DNA from: Octopus sinensis
Taxonomy: Eukaryota
NCBI RefSeq assembly: GCF_006345805.1
Contig: NW_021833155.1
Span: forward strand, 1-29,388
Length of the DNA stretch: 29,388 nt
Reading direction: 5' to 3'
The translations under genes were made by a program, and so were the position numbers. Positions 21,641 through 29,388 of the stretch are shown here, piece after piece (positions within the stretch are counted from its first letter, which is position 1; each line of letters starts with the position of its first letter). A model generated the notes under the pieces. It did not search any database. It saw only the letters and a program-made list of their open reading frames with translations, and was not told the origin of the DNA.

Positions 21641-22700
21641 AGACTACATTCGAATGCGACAGCAGTGCCAGTGCTGTGACATCTTCACGGATGTACAAGG
21701 CAACTCTACTGCAACTTCTCTCTTTTCTGTCTGTGCAGAATACAGCATACATTGGTACGTATATCTCTGTGTCATGTATGTCAACAGACAGTTGAGTATC
21801 TGTGAGTGCAATGAATATAGCTTGATTGCATGCAGACAGTTCTCCCAGGTATGCAATTTTGCTCTTGCTGCTGTTTTGCAAGAGGCCTCTCATGTTCATC
21901 AGTAGAATTGGCGTGATGGGTGACTCGGTGGTATTGGTGGCCATTACTTGTGGAAGTCTTGTGTACATGGCTAAATTTCATTTGTAGTTTAGCTATGATA
22001 ACTGCTGTGTTATCATTTGTGCAATACATAAGAAATGCAGTTCACACCGCATGTGACAGCTTTTTGGCAATCTTTTTTGTTGGTGTGCACAAGGGTGCCT
22101 GGGCAGGGATGCTTATCCTGATTACTGGGTGAAGAGTGGTAATTGCTGTGCATTCTATCTTGCCTACGTTTTGAGTGTAAAAAGCAGTAGTGTGTCTCCT
22201 CTCCATTGCCAGCAGATTCCTTTTATAAAGAATTTACAGGTTGTGTTTATGGGTTTAGCCTTGTTTGAACCCTGTTTCACCTGTCTTGAGGCTGTCTCTC
22301 GCTGGGAGAGGGAGTTCGAGTCGCTTCTCTTGAGACCTTTGGGATTCTTTTCTTGCTCCTCTTCAATTACTGTGATTATCCTCATTACTTCCTCTGGGCC
22401 TCTCGCTTGGTGCATCAGTTTTGGTGTTTTCCATGCAAACACTTTTCTTAGGTAAATTAGCATTTTTAACTTTAAAAATGGTGTTTAACTTGTCCACATG
22501 TGGCCTGACGTGTTCAGAAGCTAGGCCAAGTTCTTTCTCTTTTGCTCTATCTGCGTCTATTGAATCCATTGTTTTCCAGGACTGCAGAAATCACATTATT
22601 TGGCAGCAACCCAAGCCCATAGGAGTAGGAGGTTTATCATCTCTGTGTCCTAGTTTGCAATCTCAGCTCTGTTACTACTATCTTTATGACGTGTGAAACT
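21620..22700 (-). pseudogene. Decayed 5' part of a CR1-group LINE: ORF1 remnant with Cys/His fingers and the N-terminus of the ORF2 APE endonuclease
   Basis: ORF 21549-21968 has the APE motifs LLMNMRGL, IALTDTQL and DRKERSCSRVALYIRE. Upstream pieces include TCKFFIKGICW, which is CCCH-like. Confidence 0.78.
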
Positions 22701-23687
22701 GCTGTAAGAAAAATCAGTTCCACAGTGTTAGTTTAAATTCGGCTGTGGTGAATCGAATCCACTTAGTAGCATGCAAGATTCGCTACATATGTACTGAGTT
22801 CCCATAACATCCATTTATTTCATATGAACATCTGAATAAATTACACTAGTCAAAAGAATACCAATATTTGGAATATGGATTCTTGCTATCTTTTATTCTT
22901 TCAACTTTTCTTTAACTTTAGCTGCATCATTCAGAGAAGAATATTGTTTTAACTACACAATAGCTCTGATTGTAATGGATCTGTGAGAAAAGACATTCCA
23001 GCCATGACCATTTTGTCGTGTTTGTGGTGTTAGCAGTGTTATGGGCTGTGATGCAGAGGATGACAGATGAGGTGGGTGGAAGAAAGGCTTGCATGGGCCG
23101 ACGGAAGACTGAAAGGGGCATGCATAGGCAGGAAGCACGTGTGGTCAGTTCCAGCAACGAGGGCACAGCAACAAGATGTGTTCAATTCGTGAGTGACCGC
23201 TGATTTCGCTGAGGTAAGGCCCTTTGTATTTCTTTCTCCCGTTGCTTCTTTTTCTGTTGTCCTTTTCTTCCATCACACTACAAGCTATTTCGGCCCATAA
23301 CAAAGAAAAAACAAAAACAAACAACGATGAGTGTTGTCCGTATTTTGAACGATCAAACCATTTTGCGGTAACACAGATGTAGTCACTTGGTTGAAGACGA
23401 TGTTGGTGGCGAAGCTCCACGGTATAAGCGACCTGGCAAGTTTTATACCGCTATAGTTGAACGGTTCGGCTTTGGCGCTGTACCTAGAGATGGAAGAGAG
23501 GGACCAATTTAGCACGGAGAAAATATGAAGCCCATTTTCTGTACACTTTTCCCAGATTGCTACACCTATTATGTGTTATACAGAGTACATCTACCTACCT
23601 GTTTCCTTCATATTGAGGATGGCCATGTACCTGAAGAGCTTTACGATTTATCTGTTTTCCTACTTACTAAGACTTTGGGTTAGGGTT

Positions 23688-23795
23688 GGGTAGGTTAATT
23701 CTGTGACCTTTCAATTCTAGACCTTGCTTCCACATGCAAAATTTGTTCTCTAGTTCTGGTTGTGATTTAGCTATAAGAAGAAGATCATTAATAAA
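23688..23795 (-). pseudogene. RTE-clade LINE reverse transcriptase fragment
   Basis: LFINDLLLIAKSQPELENKFCMWKQGLELKGHRINL resembles the RTE pattern LYADDLALIAES..ELEEKF..WK.GLESKGLRVNL. Confidence 0.75.
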
Positions 23796-24437
23796 TAAGT
23801 GTGAAAATTTCACAAACACTTTATGAACACAGATTGAAGCAATGAACAAAAAGATCCTTGGTATACCTGAAACGTGAAGGAAAATATTTAGATAATGAAA
23901 TGAATAATTGAATGTAATGATAATAAATGATAATATAAAATTGGTTCATGTTGGAATGAGTGAATTTGAATGAATGTCAATAAAATCTTAGTGTGCATGA
24001 AAAGCTTGAGAGAGATTTTTGAAAAGGTCTTAATAATAATTTTCCTGTGAATGTTTCCATTGTGTTTTGCTTCAAAAACTACATAGACATGACAGAATTA
24101 AATAGACATCCTTATAATTGTTAAAATTTAACTAAATTATTTATTAATTATTATAATGTGAATATCTAATATTTAGTAGACAGGCTCCTTGCATTTTTGA
24201 ATGCAAGGACCCTAGCAGGCATGCTACTGATTTGATGAATATTCTCTTCATGATTTTCTTGCCAAGTTTGTTGCAGCAATATCAAAAGATCTGGCTTTAA
24301 GGAAGCTTTCTTTTTCTTTTTAGGAAGTGTCGCATCCATTATGCCTCAGAGGTGTTCAGTAGGGTTCATAGCTGGTGATTGGCTTAGCTATGGAAGCTTT
24401 TTAATGCAATTCTCTTCCTACCAACCCTGGGTCTTTA

Positions 24438-24543
24438 ATAATGCAAGAAAGCCCTATCTTTCATAAATACGCATATTGAAAATACGCGTAACAAAGTTAA
24501 CGTATTATGCGTATTTATGAAAGATAGGGCTTTCTTGTATTAT
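24438..24543. repeat. ~106-bp near-perfect hairpin (MITE-like)
   Basis: 38-bp arms at 24438-24475 and 24506-24543 with one G-T pair, plus inner pairing AATACG/CGTATT and TAAC/GTTA. Confidence 0.9.
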
Positions 24544-24544
24544 G

Positions 24545-25260
24545 TGTCGAAATGTTGCAAATAAACATAAAAAGGTAAACAAATTTGTTGTTTTTAAGAC
24601 TCATTTGCAATATTTTGACACATCATATTGATGAAAACTTTTGAGATTTTAGTTGTCTCTTAGATAAAAATAATCTTAATATAAATAAATTAACTTATAT
24701 TTACCAAAGAGATCACTCAAGTCACAAAGATTTTCAGAAAACAAAATGTGTCAAAATATTACAAATAAGCATAAAAAGGTGAAAAAATTTGTTGTTTTTT
24801 AGAACTCATTTGCAATAATATGAAACATTTTGTTTACTGCAAACTTTTCATATTTTAGTGATCTTTAAATAAATATAATCTTACAATTAATCAGTTAACT
24901 TTATTTACCAAAGAAACCAATCAAGTTTTAAAAGAAAAATATGTGTCAAAATATAGCAAATAAGCATAAAAAAGTAAACGAAATTGGTAATTCAAATTTG
25001 TAGTCTTTTAGGACTTAATTGCAATATTTAGACATATCTTTTTTCACTAAAAACTTAATCGAGGGATCAATAAAGTCACAAAAGTTTTCAGAAAACAAAA
25101 TGTGACAAAATGTTACAAGTAAGCATAAAAATGTGAAAAAATTTGGCAATTCAAATTATTATTAATCAGTTAAGTTATATTTACCAAAAGACCATTCGTC
25201 ACAAAGATTTTCAGAAAACAAAATGTGTCAAAGTATTGCAATAAAGCATAAAAATACTTT
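24545..25260. repeat. Diverged foldback-type repeat (units of about 200 bp, shortening) related to the adjacent satellite
   Basis: Contains satellite modules in both orientations (TTTTGACACAT / ATGTGTCAAAA, CTGAAAACTTT / GATTTTCAG). The anchor AAATAAGCATAAAAA occurs at about 24560, 24763, 24958, 25117 and 25240. Confidence 0.75.
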
Positions 25261-28200
25261 GAAACATTTTGTTCACTGAAAGCTTTTGAGATTTTAGTGA
25301 TTTCTTGGATAAATAAAAGCTTTTTATCAATCAGTTAACTTATATTAAGCTAAGAGATCACTAAATTTTTTGTTGTTTTTCAAGTACACATATGCAATAT
25401 TTTGACATTTTATAACCTGAAAACTTTTGCGATTTTCGTGATCTCTTGGATAAATATAAGCTTTTTATCAATCAGTTAACTTATATTTAGCTAAGAGATC
25501 ACTAAATTGTTTGTTGTTTTTCAAGTACACATATGCAATATTTTGACATTTTATAACCTGAAAACTTTTGCGATTTTCGTGATCTCTTGGATAAATATAA
25601 GCTTTTTATCAATCAGTTAACTTATATTTAGCTAAGAGATCACTAAATTTTTTGTTGTTTTTCAAGTACACATATGCAATATTTTGACATTTTATAAACC
25701 ATAAAAACTTTTGCGATTTTCGTGATCTCTTGGATAAATATAAGCTTTTTATCAATCAGTCAACTTATATTTAGCTAAGAGATCACTAAATTTTTTGTTG
25801 TTTTTCAAGTACAATATTTTGACACATTTTTAACCTCTAAACCTTTTGGAATTTTAGTGATTTCTTTGATAAATAAGCTTATTATCAATCATTTAACTTA
25901 TATTTAGCTAAGAGATCACTAAATTTTTTGTTGTTTTTCAAGTACACATATGCAATATTTTGACATTTTCTAACCTGAAAACTTTTGCGAATTTAGTGAT
26001 TTCTTTGATAAATATAAGCTTATTATCAATCAGTTAACTTATATTTAGCTAAGAGATCACTAAATTTTTTGTTGTTTTTCAAGTACACATATGCAATATT
26101 TTGACATATTCTAACCTAAAAACTTTTGCGAATTTAGTGATTTCTTTGATAAATATAAGCTTTTTATCAATCAGTTAACTTATATTTAGCTAAGAGATCA
26201 CTAAATTTTTTGTTGTTTTTCAAGTACACATGCAATATTTTGACATTTTCTAACCTGAAAACTTTTGCGAATTTAGGGATTTCTTTGATAAATATAAGCC
26301 TATTATCAATCAATTAACTTATATTTAGCTAAGAGATCACTAAATTTTTTGTTGTTTTTCAAGTACACATATGCAATATTTTGACATTTTATAACCTAAA
26401 AACTTTTGCGATTTTCGTGATCTCTTGGATAAATATAAGCTTTTTATCAATCAGTCAACTTATATTTAGCTAAGAGATCACTAAATTTTTTGTTGTTTTT
26501 CAAGTACACATATGCAATATTTTGACATTTTCTAACCTGAAAACCTTTGCGAATTTAGTGATTTCTTTGATAAATATAAGCTAATTATCAATCATTTAAC
26601 TTATATTTAGCTAAGAGATCACTAAATTTTTTGTTGTTTTTCAAGTACACATATGCAATATTTTGACATTTTCTAACCTGAAAACTTTTGCGAATTTAGT
26701 GATCTTTTGGATAAATATAAGCTTATTATCAATCATTTAACTTATTTAGCTAAGAGATCACTAAATTTTTTGTTGTTTTTCAAGTACACATATGCAATAT
26801 TTTGGCATTTTCAACCTGAAAACTTTTGCGAATTAGTGATTTCTTTGATAAATATAATCTTATTATCAATCAGTTAACTTATATTAGCTAAGAGATCACT
26901 AAATTTTTGTTGTTTTTCACGTACACATATGCAATATTTTGACATATTCTAACTAAAAACTTTTGGGAATTTAGTGATTTCTTTGATAAATATACAGCTT
27001 TTATCAATCAGTTAACTTATATTAGCTAAGAGATCACTAAATTTTTTGTTGTTTCAAGTACACATGCAATATTTGACATTTTCTAAACTGAAAAACTTTT
27101 CGGGAATTTAGGGATTTCTTTGAAAAATATAAGCCTATTATCAATCAATTAACTTATATTTAGCTAAGAGATCACAAAATTTTTGGTTGTTTTCAAGTAC
27201 ACATATTGCCAATATTTTGACATTTTCTAACCTGAAAACTTTTGCGAATTTAGTGATTTCTTTGATAAAAATTAAGAATTATCAATCATTTAACTATATT
27301 AGCTAAGAGTTCACTAAATTTTTTGTTGTTTTTCAAGTACACATATGCAATAATTTGACATTTTCTAACCTGAAAACTTTTGCGAATTTAGTGATTTCTT
27401 TGATAAATATAAGCTAATTATCAATCATTTAACTTATATTTAGCTAAGAGATCACTAAATTTTTTGTTGTTTTTCAAGTACACATATGCAATATTTTGAC
27501 ATTTTCTAACCTGAAAACTTTTGCGAATTTAGTGATCTTTTGGATAAATATAAGCTTATTATCAATCATTTAACTTATATTTAGCTAAGAGATCACTAAA
27601 TTTTCTGTTGTTTTTCAAGTACACATATGCAATATTTTGACATTTTCTAACCTGAAAACTTTTGCGAATTTAGTGATTTCTTTGATAAATATAAGCTTAT
27701 TATCAATCATTTAACTTATATTTAGCTAAGAGATCACTAAATTTTTTGTTGTTTTTCAAGTACACATATGCAATATTTTGACATTTTCTAACCTAAAAAC
27801 ATGTGGGAATTTAGTGATTTCTTTGATAAATATAAGCTTATTATCAATCATTTAACTTATATTTAGCTAAGAGATCACTAAATTTTTTGTTGTTTTTCAA
27901 GTACACATATGCAATATTTTGACATTTTCTAACCTGAAAACTTTTGCGAATTTAGTGATTTCTTTGATAAATATAAGAATTTTATCAATCATTTAACTTA
28001 TATTTAGCTAAGAGTTCACTAAATTTTTTGTTGTTTTTCAAGTACACATATGCAATAATTTGACATTTTCTAACCTGAAAACTTTTGCGAATTTAGTGAT
28101 TTCTTTGATAAATATAAGCTTATTATCAATCATTTAACTTATATTTAGCTAAGAGATCACTAAATTTTTTGTTGTTTTTCAAGTACACATATGCAATATT

Positions 28201-29388
28201 TTGACATTTTCTAACCTGAAAACTTTTGCGAATTTAGTGATCTTTTGGATAAATATAAGCTTATTATCAATCATTTAACTTATATTTAGCTAAGAGATCA
28301 CTAAATTTTTTGTTGTTTTTCAAGTACACATATGCAATATTTTGACATTTTCTAACCTGAAAACTTTTGCGATTTTAGTGAACTCTTGGATAGATAAAAG
28401 CTTTTTATCAATCAGTTAACTTATATTTAGCTAAGAGATCACCAAATTTTTTATTGTTTTTCAAGTACACATATGCAATATTTTGACATTTTCTAACCTG
28501 AAAACTTTTGCGAATTTAGTGATTTCTTTGATAAATATAAGAATTTTATCAATCAGTTAACTTATATTTAGCTAAGAGATCACTAAATTTTTTGTTGTTT
28601 TTCAAGTACACATATGCAATATTTTGACATTTTCTAACCTGAAAACTTTTGCGATTTTAGTGATCTCTTGGATAGATATAAGCTTTTTATCAATCAGTTA
28701 ACTTATATTTAGCTAAGAGATCACTAAATTTTTTGTTGTTTTTCAAGTACACATATGCAATATTTTGACATTTTCTAACCTGAAAACTTTTGCGAATTTA
28801 GTGATTTCTTTGATAAATATAAGAATTTTATCAATCAGTTAACTTATATTTAGCTAAGAGATCACTAAATTTTTTGTTGTTTTTCAAGTACACATATGCA
28901 ATATTTTGACATTTTCTAACCTGAAAACTTTTGCGAATTTAGTGATCTCTTGGATAGATATAAGCTTTTTATCAATCAGTTAACTTATATTTAGCTAAGA
29001 GATCACTAAATGTTTTGTTGGTTTTCAAGTACACATATGCAATATTTTGACATTTTCTAACCTGAAAACTTTTGCGAATTTAGTGATCTCTTGAGAAATA
29101 TAAGCTTTTTAACAATCAGTTAACTTATATTTAGCTAAGAGATCACTAAATTTTTTTGTTGGTTTTCAGTACACATATACAATATTTTGACATTTTCTAA
29201 CCTGAAAACTTTTGCGAATTTAGTGATCTCTTGGATAGATATAAGCTTTTATCAATCGTTTAACTTATATTTAGCTAAGAGATCACTAAATTTTTTGGTG
29301 TTTTCAAGTAACATATGCAATATTATGACATTTTTAACCTGAAAACTTTTGCGAATTTAGTGATCTCTTGGATAAATAAAGCTTTTAT
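25255..29388. repeat. AT-rich satellite DNA, 141-bp monomer, ~29 copies, running off the window end
   Basis: GCTAAGAGATCAC occurs at 25349, 25490, 25631, 25774, 25907, 26048 and onward. Confidence 0.97.

Noticed and set aside
26780-27320. Locally more divergent satellite monomers
   Set aside because: Differences are mostly 1-nt homopolymer indels, typical of low-quality long-read consensus.
25255-29388. CRISPR-like array
   Set aside because: Whole monomers repeat with no unique spacers, the context is eukaryotic, and there are no cas genes.

Overview
Eukaryotic, repeat-dominated, non-genic DNA, very probably from an octopus or related coleoid cephalopod (inferred from recalled SINE and Helitron families and the microsatellite load). 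No host gene can be supported, and most listed ORFs are microsatellite artefacts. The window holds a 5' fragment of a HERO-type non-LTR retrotransposon whose ORF was amplified into an in-frame 138-bp tandem repeat, many tRNA-derived SINEs, a composite non-autonomous Helitron, a young 5'-truncated Penelope-like retroelement (RT plus GIY-YIG), CR1 and RTE LINE relics, and a ~141-bp hairpin-containing satellite next to its apparent foldback progenitor. The main hidden signal is four sequence-unrelated type I hammerhead ribozyme motifs (8987-9028, 9548-9611 and 12847-12924 on -, 20608-20703 on +). All four have a palindromic stem III and lie in elements abutting (TA)n tracts. One is in the 3' end of the Penelope-like element. 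Another has a compensatory U3-A8 core and lies in a 363-bp tandem/inverted retrozyme-like unit. Structures were paired by eye; activity is untested.
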